Positions 11,319-24,185 of a DNA stretch of 64,000 bases are shown in pieces. The stretch lies in NCBI GenBank assembly GCA_008690995.1, contig VRMN01000004.1:1178001-1242000 (forward strand). Reading direction: 5' to 3'. Below the pieces are notes generated by a model. It did not search any database, had not been told where the DNA came from, and worked only from the letters and a program-made list of their open reading frames with translations. This stretch comes from Porphyridium purpureum (Eukaryota). The stretch's first letter is position 1. Each line of letters begins with the position of its first letter. The position numbers and the translations under genes were made by a program.

Positions 11319-13247
11319 CTACTCTTCACCCCCAACTTTGCGCCCGGGATGTAGTTTTTCAAAGATGTCATTCGCGTCTGTGGCAAAGACGTCTTCAAGG
11401 AGAGTGGGCTTGGCCTCGGGTTTATCTAGCGGCAGTGAAACCAGCTTGATGACGTCTCTCATCACGTCCATATTGGCGATGATCTCGACGTGTCCCACCG
11501 AATACTTGCCGCCGCGCATGTAGTCCTTGTCCAGCAAGCTCAGCTTGCTTGGGTCTTCAAGGTATTCACGAATGGAGACCGGCAACCTGGCAGGGTTTAT
11601 AAGCAAACCGCCATACTTCCACTTTAGACAGGGGTAGACCATGCTCGCCCATGGAACTGTTCCATCGCCTCGCCCGTTGTAAATGCCTTTGGTTAGGTTG
11701 AATTCAGGCACGGAGACTGACGTGTTGATCGAAAGCAGTGTGGCGGATTCGTCCGCGTCCGCGTCGATGCTGTACTCATAGCCGACCTCCGTCGTGTGAC
11801 TTTGTAGAACGCCGTACATGCACGTGATTTTGAGCTCCGCCGCGCCGGGGAGCGGGTTTTGCTCGGACGAGAACCATTTTTTCGAAAGGGACCCTACCGT
11901 TTCAGGTCCGCTTGATCCATGCGCATAGTGAGACTGCACCAGTGCGAAATATCGAGGCGCAACTTTGCCGAGCAATTCATAAATAGTTGCGGTGGAATAT
12001 TCCGAGCCAGCAACCGTTTCCTGGAGGTCGGTTCTCTTACAGAGCGGCTCGTCCAAAATCATGTCACGCCTAGGTGGCGACCCAGGCTCGCTCACATTCT
12101 TTGTCGCCTCAGAATGACTCTCTGTACTGGCCTCCTCCTTCATACTTTCCTGGACTCTCAGCAGCGGGGCCTTGTGAAACGCTTGCCACACTTTCGGACT
12201 CCCGGATGGAAACATCGACGGGAGGCTGCCAAGCGACCTGAAAAAACGGACAAACAGGTCGTTGCCAAAGATGGCACCGATCACTTGCTTCGAAAACATG
12301 CCAAATTCCGCAGTATCGCGCATCTCGCCGCTGAGCACGGCCGAAATCGTCTTTGGCACACCCAAAAGCGGCCCAGCAATGTTAATCCATCCTTCGACAT
12401 TATCTGTGATCCATTGGTCACCCTTGTGATGGGACGCCCAATGAATGAAGTAGTGCGCAAGGACGCCGCCCATCGAATGTGACACAATATATACTCTTCG
12501 TGCGTGGTTGCGGTTGCGCAGCCGTTCCACCATGCCCGCCATGTGTTCCCAAAACGCTTCCTTGCTTTCGAGGTCCTCCAAGCTCTGCCTCCAATCGTAC
12601 GCGAGCAGATGCATATTTCGCGGCTCATAGCCCACGTCACGAAGATTCTCCAGCATTTTGGCCCACACGAAGTAGCCCGGAAACAAGAAGTCGGACGCCG
12701 AAAAACCTTCAGACGCACGCAGTACAATATTCTCGGGGTCGTCCCACTCATTGGATAATCCGAGGTGCTCCAGCCAGCATGACGCGTTGCGCACAAAGTT
12801 CCTCATCATGGATTCGCTTCCCCAAAACTTTTTCCTGAACTGTTCCGACGCGCACTCCTTGCCCTGCCACAGCTCCAGCGCGGTCGAGGTGATGCCTGGT
12901 AGAAGCAAGACGGGCGAAAACGCGTGATACTCCTCCTTCATCTTTAGCCCGACACGGTCTGCAAACGCCTCCGCGTACTGTTGCTTAAGGTCCTCCACAG
13001 CCGTGTTCACAGTCGCGGTTACGCCGTCCAAAAGTGTGCTCTCCTTATCGAAGTGCTGATCAAGCTTGAACAGTCGCACCAGCTCACGTTCATTCAGCAA
13101 AGTGCCTGCCAGGATCCCAACCACGAGCACGACAAATGCGCCCAGAATCAGCGTGCTCATCTGCGAACCCGCGCGCCCGACATCCGCGCGAGATGTGCGT
13201 GTGGCTACATTATCCTTTGTTGCAATCGCCGCGTCGCGCTCCGCCAT
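11319..13247 (-). CDS. PDAT: Phospholipid:diacylglycerol acyltransferase (LCAT family), copy 2
   Basis: TM helix; PVLLLPGITS; YDWRQS; SHSMGG; LSGEMRDTA; GDGTVP; HVEII. Start uncertain (13247, or 13364 from the ORF track). Confidence 0.92.
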   Translation of the reverse strand: MAERDAAIATKDNVATRTSRADVGRAGSQMSTLILGAFVVLVVGILAGTLLNERELVRLFKLDQHFDKESTLLDGVTATVNTAVEDLKQQYAEAFADRVGLKMKEEYHAFSPVLLLPGITSTALELWQGKECASEQFRKKFWGSESMMRNFVRNASCWLEHLGLSNEWDDPENIVLRASEGFSASDFLFPGYFVWAKMLENLRDVGYEPRNMHLLAYDWRQSLEDLESKEAFWEHMAGMVERLRNRNHARRVYIVSHSMGGVLAHYFIHWASHHKGDQWITDNVEGWINIAGPLLGVPKTISAVLSGEMRDTAEFGMFSKQVIGAIFGNDLFVRFFRSLGSLPSMFPSGSPKVWQAFHKAPLLRVQESMKEEASTESHSEATKNVSEPGSPPRRDMILDEPLCKRTDLQETVAGSEYSTATIYELLGKVAPRYFALVQSHYAHGSSGPETVGSLSKKWFSSEQNPLPGAAELKITCMYGVLQSHTTEVGYEYSIDADADESATLLSINTSVSVPEFNLTKGIYNGRGDGTVPWASMVYPCLKWKYGGLLINPARLPVSIREYLEDPSKLSLLDKDYMRGGKYSVGHVEIIANMDVMRDVIKLVSLPLDKPEAKPTLLEDVFATDANDIFEKLHPGRKVGGEE

Positions 13248-13473
13248 GGCGAAAACGCTGCGAGTCCTTCTCTGCCCAGTCGAACACCTCGACCACGCAG
13301 CCGTTGCCGACTCGCAAAAAGGGCCCCAACGACTGTTAACGGATCGGTTTATCGGCTTATCCACCTTTCGACTTAACGGTTCTCAACGAGACGGAAGCCG
13401 ATAAACCGAAGAGCGCTTCGCGTTGTGCCGCGCTGAGACGTGAGCCAACGACGCGTGCGACAAGGTACGCGAC

Positions 13474-16400
13474 ATGCAGTCGGAGCCAGAACAGGCGGAC
13501 GGCACATCTCATGGGCCACTGCTCCCGGAAGCTCAGCAAATGGGACAGGATCGGCATGGGCTGAAAGACCGCAGCGAAGACCTGGCGGCGAGTGGACAGG
13601 AGGAGGCCGTGATGGATGGACGCCATGCTGCCGATGATGACCTATCGGCCGAATTGAGAGAACAGGAGCTTCATGCAAAGAATTTGCAGCGCGATCAGCA
13701 AATGACAGAGTCGCGCGACGTACGGCATCGCAAGTATGGAAGACGTCTTGCGGCGCGTCGACATGGTGGTTCCGGCGGGCCTGGCGGTGTCTCGATGGCC
13801 AACAAAGAGCCAATGCCCGCCGAGCATCTCCGCAAAATTGTGCGCGATCACGGCGATATGATGCATAAGAAATTCAGGCGAGAGAAACGCGCGTATTTGG
13901 GCGCACTTAAGTACATGCCGCATGCCGTGCTCAAGTTGCTCGAAAGCATGCCCATGCCGTGGGAACAGACGCGCGACGTGGTTGTAGTGTACCATGTGTC
14001 CGGTGCCATCACATTTGTCCACGAAACTCCGCGGGTCATTGAGCCATTGTATGTTGCACAATGGGCCACCATGTGGATCATGATGCGGAGAGAAAAGCGC
14101 GACCGTGCGCACTTTCGCCGCATGCGCTTCCCACCATTTGACGACGAGCAACCGCCTCTCGACTATTATGAAAACCTGATCGACGTTGAGCCTCTTGACC
14201 CCATTCGTATGGAGCTTGACCCAGAGGAGGACGCCGCAGTGATAGACTGGTTTTATGAGCCTGATTTGCTGCTGGATGCCGGCGAGGGCGAGTTTTCTGT
14301 GGGGTTTGATGACGGCATGACGAATGCAGACACGGATGCGGGCATGGATCAGAAGCTTGCGCCACAATCGTCGAACTGGGTCATTGGCCCTTCATTAAGG
14401 CGCTGGCGGCTCGACGTGCCCACCATGTCGACACTGTATCGCCTTGCCAGCCCTCTCGTGAATCATGCAGCATCGGATGCGCAGTACTTGTTTGACAGCA
14501 AGACCTTCTTTACAACCAAGGCGTTGTCTGTGTCGCTGCCTGGCGGTCCCAAATTTGAGCCGCTTTTTCCCGACGAGCCCGCAGATGAGGATTGGAACGA
14601 GTTCAATGACTTGGGCAAGCACATTGTGCGTCGCCCTATCCGCACGGAGTACCGCGTCTCATTTCCGTTTCTGTACAACAGTCGACCGCGTTGTGTCGCC
14701 ATTCCCACGTATGGACAGCCCCTTTCTATGCATACCCAGGTGCGGGCAGGTTCTGACCCAGATCTCCCAGCGTTCCGATTCAGTCCCGAGTTTCATCCAA
14801 TCATGCCCGATGTGTTCTTGGGGCAAAGTGACGATAGGCATACGGGTCATGCTCGCGCAGGCTCGAGACCACCGAGAAATCGGAAGAGGAGTCGACGCGG
14901 TGCTTTCATTGAGGACGAGGACGAAAGCGCAGATCCTGACGTGGTGGTCAAAGACTTTGAACAACGCTACGAGTGTCCTGTGGTTGAGGGTACGCCTGTC
15001 CATGCTAGTGGTAGCCAGTCTATGGCTTTGAAGCCCTTGCTCGATGGACTCATCCTGACACATCGTCCAGCAGCCGGACAAGACGAAGGCATCACGGGCC
15101 CCGCGCTGGATCTACTGCAGGCACCACCACCGTTTGATTGCCATGCGGGATACAGCCGTCGCGTTCTTGACATTCCGATAGTGAAACCTTGGTACTTATC
15201 TCGACCGGACAGCGTTGGAAGCAGCAAAATCCAACACGTACCAGTGAAAGTACGAGTAAGCTATCAGAAGCTGTTGAAAGGCCACGTGTACAATGAGTTG
15301 CGCCGTCGTCGAAGTGTTGCAAGAAAGAGGAGCCGGCGTGCTCTGCTCCCGGCGCTCCTGCGCACAAAGTATTTCCAGACGACGAAAATCGACTGGGTGG
15401 AGGCCGGGCTGCAGGTGGTGAGGCAAGGTCATAGCATGCTCAACCTGCTGATGCAACGGAAAGGCCTTACATACTTGCATCTTGATTTCAACTTTAATCT
15501 GAAACCGATCCGGACCTTAAGCACCAAAGAGCGCAAAAAATCTCGCTTCGGACATGCGTTTCATTTGTGTCGAGAGATTCTGCGGCTCGCAAAGCTTTTG
15601 CTGGATGCTCACGTGCAGTATCGCTTGGGCAATGTCGACGCGTTCCAGCTTGCTGACGGCCTGCAGTATGCACTGGCACACGTCGGACAGCTCACGGGCA
15701 TGTACCGATACAAGTACAAGCTCATGAAGCAGATCCGCCACATCAAAGACCTCAAGCACGTGATCTATCACCGCTTTAACGCAGCACCTGTAGGCAAGGG
15801 TCCAGGAGTCGGATTTTGGGCACCGATGTGGCGCGTGTGGCTGTTTTTCCTGCGAGGCATGGTACCTCTGTTGGAAACGTGGCTTGGTAACTTGCTGGCT
15901 CGGCAGTTCGAGGGAAGGAACAGACAGAGCGTCGCAGCGACAGTCACCAAGCAGCGTGTGGAAAGCCACTACGACTTGGAGCTTCGCGCGAGCGTGATGC
16001 GGGATATTTTGGAAATGATGCCAGACGGCGTTGTGCGCGCAAGCAAGGCGCGCACAATAATGCTCCATCTGTCTGAAGCGTGGCGCTGCTTCAAGGCCAA
16101 CATCCCTTGGAAAGTGCCCGGGTTTCCGCCTCCGGTCGAGGCCATGATTTCTCGCTACGTCAAGGCCAAAGCCGACTGGTGGACCAACATGGCACATGCG
16201 AACCGCGAGAAGATCCGCCGCGGCACCACTGTCGACAAAACAGTGATGAGGAAAAATACTGGCCGTCTAGCTCGGCTATGGCTCAAGGCAGAGCAGGAGC
16301 GACAGAGCGCATATGGACGAGATGGGCCGTACTTGGCCAGTGATACGGCTGTGACCATGTATCAAACCATGGCGCACTGGCTAGAAGCAGCCAAGTTCCA

Positions 16401-19400
16401 ATCCATACCGTTCCCACCAATGAGCTATAAGCATGACACAAAGCTTCTTACGCTTGCGCTCGAGCGTTTGAAGGAGACGTACAGCACAGGCGCGCGACTA
16501 AATCAACGACAGCGCGAGGAGCTTGGGCTCATTGAGCAAGCGTACGACAATCCTCATGACGCGCTAGCGCGAATCAAACGCCACCTGCTCACAATGCGCG
16601 CATTCAAAGAAGTGGGTCTTGAGTTCTTTGATAATTATGAGGTTTTGACCGGCGTGTACGAAATTGAGCCGCTGGAAAAAATTACCGATGCCTATTTGGA
16701 TCAGTACTTGTGGTATGAAGCCGACAAACGCCGGCTTTTTCCTAATTGGATCAAGCCGGCCGATACCGAACCTGTGCCTCTTTTGGTTTACAAGTGGTGC
16801 ATGGGCATAAACAATTTGCAGGACGTGTGGAGCACGCAAGACGGCGAGAGCTTGGTTCACATGCAAGCCAAGTTGGAAAAACTCACTGAAAACGTAGATT
16901 TTACGTTTATGAATCGGCTGTTGCGACTCGTCATGGACCACAATCTCGCCGACTATATCACCGCGAAGAATAACGTGCCTTTGGCGTTCAAGGACATGCT
17001 TCACACAAATGCCTATGGACTCATACGAGGCCTCCAGTTCGCATCCTTTTGCGTGCAGTTCTACGGACTGCTTTTTGATCTCCTGCTTCTTGGCTTGCCG
17101 CGCGCTCAGCAGCTGGCGAGCAGCCCTCAATTCCTGTCGTTCGAGAGCGCCGATGTCGAAACACGGCACCCGATCCGGATGTACTGCCGCATTGTGGACA
17201 CTGTGTATATCGTATTCCGTTTAGACGCGCAGGACGCTGCCGAATTAGTGCAGCGCTTCCTCGGTGCGAATCCAGATCCAAACAATGCCAATGCAGTCGG
17301 ATACCCGACAAAGCGCTGCTGGCCGCGTGATGCACGCATGCGTCTCATGAAACGCGACGTCAATCTGGGTCGTGCGGTCTTTTGGGAAATGCAGTCGCGC
17401 CTTCCGCGCAGCATTACCTGTCTGGAATGGGACCATTCTTTTGTTTCGGTGTACTCTGCGCTAAACCCCAACTTGCTCTTCGAAATGCTTGGATTTGAAG
17501 TGCGCATTTTGCCGCGCGTCCGAGCACCACGAGGAGGAAGCGGTATCACGAGCGGTCCCGGCGGTGATGGGATTTGGGCGCTTTATAATTCGGCGACGAA
17601 AGAACGCACAGCAAACGCGTATCTGCGTGTAAGCGAGGAAGCATGTCGTCAGTTTGAAAACCGTGTTCGGCATGTGTTGATGAGCAGCGGTGCGACCACA
17701 TTCACCAAGGTGGCGAACAAATGGAACACGGCATTGATCTCGTTGGTAACCTATTTTCGCGAAGCGATCATCAACACGCAACCTCTCCTCGATATTCTGG
17801 TCAAATGTGAAAACCGAATCCAGACACGCGTCAAAATCGGGCTCAATTCGAAGATGCCCACGCGCTTCCCACCATGCACGTTTTACGCGCCAAAGGAATT
17901 GGGCGGGCTCGGAATGTTGAGCATGGGCCACGTGCTGATCCCAGCAAGCGACCTCAAAGGGTCGCTGAATGCTGGTGCCGTCACCACGCATTTCAGGGCT
18001 GGTATGAGCCATGAAGAAGGCACTTTGATCCCTAATTTGTACCGATATGTACAACCGTGGGAGGCCGAATTTTCGGACTCGCAGCGCGTGTGGGCAGACT
18101 ATGCCCTAAAGCGAGCAGAGGCACAGGCACAGAATCGACGATTGACTCTGGAGGATCTGGAGGACTCGTGGGATCGTGGCATCCCGCGGATCAATACGCT
18201 GTTCTCGCGTGACCGTCACACGCTTGCGTACGACAAGGGCTGGCGCATTCGTCTGAACTTCAAGCAGTTTCAATACGCTCGCAACGATCCGTTCAGCTGG
18301 ACGCACCAGCGACACGATGGCAAATTGTGGAACCTCACCAATTATCGTGCAGATATGATCCAGGCGCTAGGCGGCGTGGAGGGAATTCTGGAGCACACGC
18401 TTTTCAAAGCAACGTTCTTCCCTACTTGGGAGGGCTTGTTCTGGGAAAAGACCAGTGGCTTTGAAGAGTCAATGAAGTTTAAGAAGCTCACGAACGCGCA
18501 GCGGTCCGGGCTCAACCAGATTCCAAATCGGCGCTTCACGCTGTGGTGGTCTCCCACCATCAATCGTGCCAACGTGTACGTTGGATTTCAGGTGCAGCTG
18601 GATCTCACGGGGATCTTTATGCACGGTAAGATCCCAACCTTGAAGGTGTCTCTCATTCAGATTTTCCGCGCGCACTTGTGGCAGAAGATCCATGAATCGG
18701 TGGTGATGGACCTTGCTCAAGTGCTCGACCAGCAGCTCGATACGCTCGGCATCGACACGGTGCAAAAAGAAACGATTCACCCGCGCAAGTCGTACAAGAT
18801 GAACTCATCGTGTGCTGATCTGCTTTTATTCGCCTCGTACAAGTGGCCGGTGTCGCGCCCGTCCTTGTTAACGGACTCTGACCATAACTTTGCGAACGTC
18901 AACGACACGCAGAATACGAAGAGGGAGACCGACAAGTACTGGATTGACGTGCAACTCAAGTGGGGCGATTTCGATCAGCACGATACAGATCGTTACGCGC
19001 GTGCCAAATTTCTGGATTATGCAGCGGGAGGTAGCAGCTTGTACCCGAGCCCAACCGGTTGTCTGATTGCAATTGATCTGGCGTACAACACCTACTCGGC
19101 GTACGGCAACTGGGTGCCTGGCATAAAGCCACTCATTCAGCAGGCTATGGCAAAGATTATGAAGGCGAATCCGGCTTTGTATGTGCTGCGTGAGCGCGTG
19201 CGCAAAGCGCTGCAGCTTTATAGCTCCGAGCCTACAGAGCCATATCTAAATGCGCAGAATTACGGTGAGCTCTTTGGCAATCAGATTATTTGGTTTGTGG
19301 ATGATACCAATGTTTATCGCGTTACGATCCACAAGACTTTTGAAGGCAACCTCGTCACCAAGCCCATCAACGGAGCAATCTTCATTTTCAATCCGCGGAC

Positions 19401-21174
19401 GGGCCAACTCTTTCTGAAGGTGATTCACACCTCCGTGTGGTCCGGGCAGAAGCGTCTCAGTCAGCTGGCGAAATGGAAGACTGCCGAGGAAACGGCCGCG
19501 CTAGTGCGATCTCTGCCTGTGGAGGAGCAGCCGAAGCAGTTGATTGTGACTCGGCGTGGTATGCTGGATCCGCTAGAGGTGCATTGTCTCGATTTCCCCA
19601 ATATTGTGTTGAAGGGCTCTGACTTGCAACTGCCTTTTCAGGCGCTCCTGAAAATCGAGAAATTCGGAGACTTGATTTTGCAGGCAACTGAGCCGCAGAT
19701 GCTGCTCTTCAACGTGTACGATGATTGGCTTCAGAGTATTTCTTCGTACACCGCATTCTCACGAATGATCTTGATTCTTCGTGCGATGCATGTCAATCCG
19801 GAGCGCACGAAGCAGATTTTAAGGCCTGGCACGGAGCAGCAGCAAGCGCACCACGTATGGCCTTCGTATGCGGATGAGGAGTGGATTCGCGTGGAGGTGG
19901 CGCTCAAGGACGTTATTCTTGCGGATTACGGGAAGAAGAACAACGTGAACGTTGCGAGTCTGACGCAAACTGAAATTCGCGACATCATACTGGGTGCTGA
20001 AATCACACCGCCATCCCTCCAGCGCCAGCAAATTGCCGAAATTGATCGTTCAGCAAGGGAGCAAGCCGCGGGTGCACCTGCAAACAACCATGCACAGACT
20101 ACTGCGCGCACCACGCGTACGGTCGACAAACATGGCAACGAGATTGTTGTGACGACCATGACGAACTACGAAGACAGCACGTTTACGAGTCGCGCCGATT
20201 GGCGAGCGCGTGCGGTCGCGGCGTCGCATTTGCATCTTCGCACACGCCAAATCTATGTTTTGTCGAATGACGGCGACCAGGGGAGCGCACCCAATCTTGC
20301 AGTCGCCGCCGCGCCCGCCACAACTTATGTCATGCCGAAAAATCTGCTGCGGAAGTTTGTGTGCATTGCGGATTTAAGAACGCAGATCGGAGGGTACATG
20401 TACGGGGTGAGCGCGCCAGATGTGCCTCATGTCAAAGAGATTCACTGCATTGTTTTGCCACCTCAAACAGGAAACTTCAACAGCGTGTCGCTGTCGTCAA
20501 TCACCGCGCAGCATCACGAGTTGCTGAGCGATTTGGAGCCGATTGGATGGCTTCATACGCAACCGACAGAGCTTTCTGAGTTGGCTCCCTTCGACGTGAT
20601 TGGGATGGCAAATATGATCCACAGCGGCGTCAGCGGTGATGTGCATGCAAGCAGTCTTGAGAATCATGGCACCGCGAACGCTGCAGTGCGTCAGCCAAAG
20701 TGGAAACGAGAAGAAAGCGTGACTCTGACCGTATCGTTCATGCCTGGTTCTTGCTCCTTGTCGGCGTACGCGCTTACGCCAGGTGGGTACGAATGGGGCC
20801 TGAAGCAACAGCTGCTAGATCCTCTGGCGAACGAGCGCACGGTTCCGCCAGGGTATCATTCTGGCTGTTTCCAGCGCGTGCCGCTCGTTTTGAGCGAGCG
20901 GTTCAAAGGATTTTTCTTGGTTCCGGAAGCTGGGAGCTGGAACTACAACTTCAAGGGCATGAGCTTCCGACGTGACCTGCGGTATGGGCTGAAACTGGGC
21001 GTGCCGCGCGAGTTCTACCACGAGACGCACCGCGCGCTGCACTTTCTGCAATTTTCGGCGTTCGAGTCGTCGGGCGACATGGATGAGGACGGCGAGAATG
21101 GCACCGCACTGCATGCGGCGATGCCGTCGACTGCGGCGCATCTGGCCGAGATCGACAACGACGTGTTCGCATAA
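13474..21174 (+). CDS. PRP8: Pre-mRNA-processing factor 8 (U5 snRNP core protein)
   Basis: 2566-aa ORF with [74 protein letters not shown], and C-terminal EFYHETHR. Confidence 0.99.
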   Translation: MQSEPEQADGTSHGPLLPEAQQMGQDRHGLKDRSEDLAASGQEEAVMDGRHAADDDLSAELREQELHAKNLQRDQQMTESRDVRHRKYGRRLAARRHGGSGGPGGVSMANKEPMPAEHLRKIVRDHGDMMHKKFRREKRAYLGALKYMPHAVLKLLESMPMPWEQTRDVVVVYHVSGAITFVHETPRVIEPLYVAQWATMWIMMRREKRDRAHFRRMRFPPFDDEQPPLDYYENLIDVEPLDPIRMELDPEEDAAVIDWFYEPDLLLDAGEGEFSVGFDDGMTNADTDAGMDQKLAPQSSNWVIGPSLRRWRLDVPTMSTLYRLASPLVNHAASDAQYLFDSKTFFTTKALSVSLPGGPKFEPLFPDEPADEDWNEFNDLGKHIVRRPIRTEYRVSFPFLYNSRPRCVAIPTYGQPLSMHTQVRAGSDPDLPAFRFSPEFHPIMPDVFLGQSDDRHTGHARAGSRPPRNRKRSRRGAFIEDEDESADPDVVVKDFEQRYECPVVEGTPVHASGSQSMALKPLLDGLILTHRPAAGQDEGITGPALDLLQAPPPFDCHAGYSRRVLDIPIVKPWYLSRPDSVGSSKIQHVPVKVRVSYQKLLKGHVYNELRRRRSVARKRSRRALLPALLRTKYFQTTKIDWVEAGLQVVRQGHSMLNLLMQRKGLTYLHLDFNFNLKPIRTLSTKERKKSRFGHAFHLCREILRLAKLLLDAHVQYRLGNVDAFQLADGLQYALAHVGQLTGMYRYKYKLMKQIRHIKDLKHVIYHRFNAAPVGKGPGVGFWAPMWRVWLFFLRGMVPLLETWLGNLLARQFEGRNRQSVAATVTKQRVESHYDLELRASVMRDILEMMPDGVVRASKARTIMLHLSEAWRCFKANIPWKVPGFPPPVEAMISRYVKAKADWWTNMAHANREKIRRGTTVDKTVMRKNTGRLARLWLKAEQERQSAYGRDGPYLASDTAVTMYQTMAHWLEAAKFQSIPFPPMSYKHDTKLLTLALERLKETYSTGARLNQRQREELGLIEQAYDNPHDALARIKRHLLTMRAFKEVGLEFFDNYEVLTGVYEIEPLEKITDAYLDQYLWYEADKRRLFPNWIKPADTEPVPLLVYKWCMGINNLQDVWSTQDGESLVHMQAKLEKLTENVDFTFMNRLLRLVMDHNLADYITAKNNVPLAFKDMLHTNAYGLIRGLQFASFCVQFYGLLFDLLLLGLPRAQQLASSPQFLSFESADVETRHPIRMYCRIVDTVYIVFRLDAQDAAELVQRFLGANPDPNNANAVGYPTKRCWPRDARMRLMKRDVNLGRAVFWEMQSRLPRSITCLEWDHSFVSVYSALNPNLLFEMLGFEVRILPRVRAPRGGSGITSGPGGDGIWALYNSATKERTANAYLRVSEEACRQFENRVRHVLMSSGATTFTKVANKWNTALISLVTYFREAIINTQPLLDILVKCENRIQTRVKIGLNSKMPTRFPPCTFYAPKELGGLGMLSMGHVLIPASDLKGSLNAGAVTTHFRAGMSHEEGTLIPNLYRYVQPWEAEFSDSQRVWADYALKRAEAQAQNRRLTLEDLEDSWDRGIPRINTLFSRDRHTLAYDKGWRIRLNFKQFQYARNDPFSWTHQRHDGKLWNLTNYRADMIQALGGVEGILEHTLFKATFFPTWEGLFWEKTSGFEESMKFKKLTNAQRSGLNQIPNRRFTLWWSPTINRANVYVGFQVQLDLTGIFMHGKIPTLKVSLIQIFRAHLWQKIHESVVMDLAQVLDQQLDTLGIDTVQKETIHPRKSYKMNSSCADLLLFASYKWPVSRPSLLTDSDHNFANVNDTQNTKRETDKYWIDVQLKWGDFDQHDTDRYARAKFLDYAAGGSSLYPSPTGCLIAIDLAYNTYSAYGNWVPGIKPLIQQAMAKIMKANPALYVLRERVRKALQLYSSEPTEPYLNAQNYGELFGNQIIWFVDDTNVYRVTIHKTFEGNLVTKPINGAIFIFNPRTGQLFLKVIHTSVWSGQKRLSQLAKWKTAEETAALVRSLPVEEQPKQLIVTRRGMLDPLEVHCLDFPNIVLKGSDLQLPFQALLKIEKFGDLILQATEPQMLLFNVYDDWLQSISSYTAFSRMILILRAMHVNPERTKQILRPGTEQQQAHHVWPSYADEEWIRVEVALKDVILADYGKKNNVNVASLTQTEIRDIILGAEITPPSLQRQQIAEIDRSAREQAAGAPANNHAQTTARTTRTVDKHGNEIVVTTMTNYEDSTFTSRADWRARAVAASHLHLRTRQIYVLSNDGDQGSAPNLAVAAAPATTYVMPKNLLRKFVCIADLRTQIGGYMYGVSAPDVPHVKEIHCIVLPPQTGNFNSVSLSSITAQHHELLSDLEPIGWLHTQPTELSELAPFDVIGMANMIHSGVSGDVHASSLENHGTANAAVRQPKWKREESVTLTVSFMPGSCSLSAYALTPGGYEWGLKQQLLDPLANERTVPPGYHSGCFQRVPLVLSERFKGFFLVPEAGSWNYNFKGMSFRRDLRYGLKLGVPREFYHETHRALHFLQFSAFESSGDMDEDGENGTALHAAMPSTAAHLAEIDNDVFA

Positions 21175-21337
21175 ATTTTGGCGTTTCGCCAAGAAAAGAC
21201 GATTGTCGGAAGTACAGTAAGTACTGCTGTGTTCTGTGAGCGGTGCGTGCACTGTACCTCGTACGCGCCTTCTAGAACGAAAACGCGGCGTGCGCGCACG
21301 CGGCGAACCGGCTGGCGGCTGGCGGCGGAACGAAGTC

Positions 21338-21386
21338 GGAGAAGAGAGAGAGAGAGGGAGAGAGCAGGAGAGAAGGAAGGAGAGAG
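21338..21386. repeat. (GA)n-rich purine tract
   Basis: GA dinucleotide and purine run upstream of ATG 21429. Confidence 0.7.
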
Positions 21387-21428
21387 GTCGTGTGTGAGGT
21401 GATTGAGAAGGACGGAACGGGATAGGAA

Positions 21429-23807
21429 ATGAAGATATTGTCGGATGAGAAGGGAGCAGCAGGTAGTGCGGCAGAAAATGGACGCGTGGGCGGGTCTGCC
21501 GGGAAGGAGGATGGAGAGACCAGCGCGTCTGGACAAAGGTTGTGGCGGCTGACGGACTGCGTTGCGGCCGAGGTGTTTGGGGAGCTGGCGAGAAGGCCGG
21601 GCGGTGCTCGCGTTCGAGAGGCGGCGCAGATGGCGCTGGCAATGCTGGGTAGTGGGTGTTCGCTGAAGGATGTCGCGTGTACGGCGCACGCAATGCAGAG
21701 CCATGTGCGCACGGGTGAAAGTGACGCCGAGATTTACAGCAAATGGAATTCCGTAGCACACGTACTGGCACGGGTGACACCCGTTTTGGATAGTTTGCCC
21801 GACGTCTTTGCGCAGCGAAAGAGGCCGTATGAGTACGTCAATGCTGGCTCGCATTCTTTGGTTGACCGTGTTGTGGAAGTCGTGGTTGGGCCCTTCGTGG
21901 ACGCACCACACATATTTCGCGGACGAGCGGTGACGGACCTGGGGACTTTCAAGGCGGAGAATCGGAAATCAGTGGATGAAAAGTTGGCCGCGATACCGTC
22001 CTCGGTCCCCGAAGTCGCGGATCTGAGGAAGGGCCTTTCGGAATTGCGAAATCAACTTTTGAGTGACAGTGTAATTTGCGAGATTTCCGATACCCTTCAA
22101 ACTTCGGACGTACCAGAACCTTTAGGTTCAGATACTCATGCAGGGGCCGCCAACGCCAAGTCTGAACCTGATAGTAGTCCCCAAACAAACCCCGACCAGG
22201 GCACCAATGAGAATGCGGGTGCCTTGAATGCGAATTCTTCTCGCCCGGGGGAAAGCGGATGGGAGATTCGCTGGGATATGTCACCGGAAGCGGAAGATAT
22301 GGTAGCGACCGCGGCAGATGAAGGTTCTTGCTTCTTCAGATGTTGCTGCAAACCAGACCGCGAAGAAGCGATCGAGCTGGCGCCAGGCATGACGCTGAGC
22401 TTACGAGTTGCGTCCTACGGCGAAGAGCTCGCTCCCCAGTCGGAGGGAAGCCGGTCAGCCGTCAGCGTTTATTGTCAATTTTTGGACGTCAAGACTTTCG
22501 TTTGTGTTTTGCGTCCCGTCACCATGGAGTCAGTTAATCTAGACGTCGACTTGGCTGGTCCGGGTTTTTTTGTCTTTCGCACATCCGGTCCAAATGAAGT
22601 TTATCTCACTGGCGAGTTGCGTTGCGAAGATGACCACCAACACGGGTCATACAGCGACGAGGAGGACGACTATGACTCGGACGGCTCGGATGGATCCGGT
22701 GGCCTGATTCAGGATTATGACGATGAGAGTGAAGATGATGGCTCTGCTCAATGCAACCACCGCAGGCACCGGTCGGACACTGCGCATCATGGACACGGGT
22801 GCGAGTTCGACACTGAAGACTTTTACTGCGATGAGTGCGGTGCGGAATTGGACAGTGACGGCGAGTGTGAGGAATGCATGATGTATGCTTCTGAGTATGA
22901 ACACTATGACCGCGGGCCGTGTTCGTGCGCTAACTGTAATCGACGGAGTCGACCTGGCCATGGGCGCAGGTTCAACAGTGAAAGGGATCGCGATGGATGT
23001 TCTGCGCGGCCCATTCGGATGCCCCTCCCACTCACTGCTGCACCACATCAACAGTCCGGTGTTGCGCCGTCTGCTCCGGTACCATTGCCGAGAGCGACTA
23101 TAGAAGTGCTTCCCGAAACACCTGTTGACTCGCAAAAGCAGGCTGGCAGAGCGGGAGCTTCTTCTCGTCCAGTGACACCAAGGAAAGATCGCCCTGACCC
23201 GAAGAAGGGACCAGGCTCGTCTTCAAAGGTCCTGGCCTCTCCTGCCTCTACGCCTTCCAGGCCCGCCGGTGAGCCGAGAACCGGGAAAAATGTCCATGGA
23301 GAGAATGCCAAGTCGCCAGGAACATCAAAAGCTGGGGTAATTTCAAGATCAGGAGGATCGGCTGCGAACAAGGGTGCCTCCGCGAGTGGTTCAAAGCCGA
23401 CGCCCATCGAGGCTAGCGGCTCGTCACAAACCCGCGACAAAGGAAAGAGTGGGAAGGCGCGTGTGTCCGCGTCAGATCGACAGTCTCTCGCTCGACAAGA
23501 TCGCCATGGTGCAGCCGGCTCTTCGCGAACGGGCACTCCCACGTCCGCGCCGCCTCGTGACGTTGCTCGCGCAGGCAACGCGGCGCGCAGCCGAGGCGGG
23601 AGGGAAAACGTTCCGATTCAGACACCTGGTGATTCCCGCAATACGCCTGGAGCAAACACAGAGGAGGCTCCATCAGCGGCAAAGAAGAGCGACAACGCGC
23701 AGAATACGCGCAGCAAAGATTTGAAGGGTAAGGGGCCGGCGAAGCGGAAACGTGAAAATGATGATCCGCCGGGCCCCTCAGGATCTGGCTCAAAGAAGCG
23801 ACACTAA
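21429..23807 (+). CDS. Protein with a central nucleoplasmin-like (NPL) domain, acidic tract, Cys/His clusters and basic disordered tail
   Basis: FFRCCCKP...LSLRVASY...VCVLRP...VNLDVDL...FRTSGPNEVYLTG resembles the NPL domain of FKBP39/HD2-type proteins and is followed by a D/E tract; C-terminal KRKR...KKRH is NLS-like. Confidence 0.65.
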   Translation: MKILSDEKGAAGSAAENGRVGGSAGKEDGETSASGQRLWRLTDCVAAEVFGELARRPGGARVREAAQMALAMLGSGCSLKDVACTAHAMQSHVRTGESDAEIYSKWNSVAHVLARVTPVLDSLPDVFAQRKRPYEYVNAGSHSLVDRVVEVVVGPFVDAPHIFRGRAVTDLGTFKAENRKSVDEKLAAIPSSVPEVADLRKGLSELRNQLLSDSVICEISDTLQTSDVPEPLGSDTHAGAANAKSEPDSSPQTNPDQGTNENAGALNANSSRPGESGWEIRWDMSPEAEDMVATAADEGSCFFRCCCKPDREEAIELAPGMTLSLRVASYGEELAPQSEGSRSAVSVYCQFLDVKTFVCVLRPVTMESVNLDVDLAGPGFFVFRTSGPNEVYLTGELRCEDDHQHGSYSDEEDDYDSDGSDGSGGLIQDYDDESEDDGSAQCNHRRHRSDTAHHGHGCEFDTEDFYCDECGAELDSDGECEECMMYASEYEHYDRGPCSCANCNRRSRPGHGRRFNSERDRDGCSARPIRMPLPLTAAPHQQSGVAPSAPVPLPRATIEVLPETPVDSQKQAGRAGASSRPVTPRKDRPDPKKGPGSSSKVLASPASTPSRPAGEPRTGKNVHGENAKSPGTSKAGVISRSGGSAANKGASASGSKPTPIEASGSSQTRDKGKSGKARVSASDRQSLARQDRHGAAGSSRTGTPTSAPPRDVARAGNAARSRGGRENVPIQTPGDSRNTPGANTEEAPSAAKKSDNAQNTRSKDLKGKGPAKRKRENDDPPGPSGSGSKKRH

Positions 23808-24185
23808 ATACTTGGGCATTGCCGTTGTAGTACAATGTGCGACCGTGCTGTAGGCACGCGCGCGGAATAAATCTAAACTCGCGACTGGAGCAGATGTATT
23901 TGATTCGGGCTTGCAGATGGATCACACGCGGCTCGGGATGCGCGGTTGGACCATCCAACCGTGACTGCAATGTGCTTTGATGGTATGTATCTCGTTGCCG
24001 AGTGAGCGCAGACGAAGGCACTCCAAAAGGTCCACAGTGTGCACGTGGGCTGGGCCTGAACTCACGAACCTAGTTACCGGGCGCGCCGAGCCCTGAAAGC
24101 AGCCACAAAACGTTACAATAAAAACAAAGTTTTATTCTTCCTTGATTTCTTTGTCTCAAGGACGGATTCCGTAGAATGCAGGACA

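Noticed and set aside
18430..18480. PRP8 intein at the known WEK(A/T)|SGFEES site
   Set aside because: The sequence reads [12 protein letters not shown] without an insertion.
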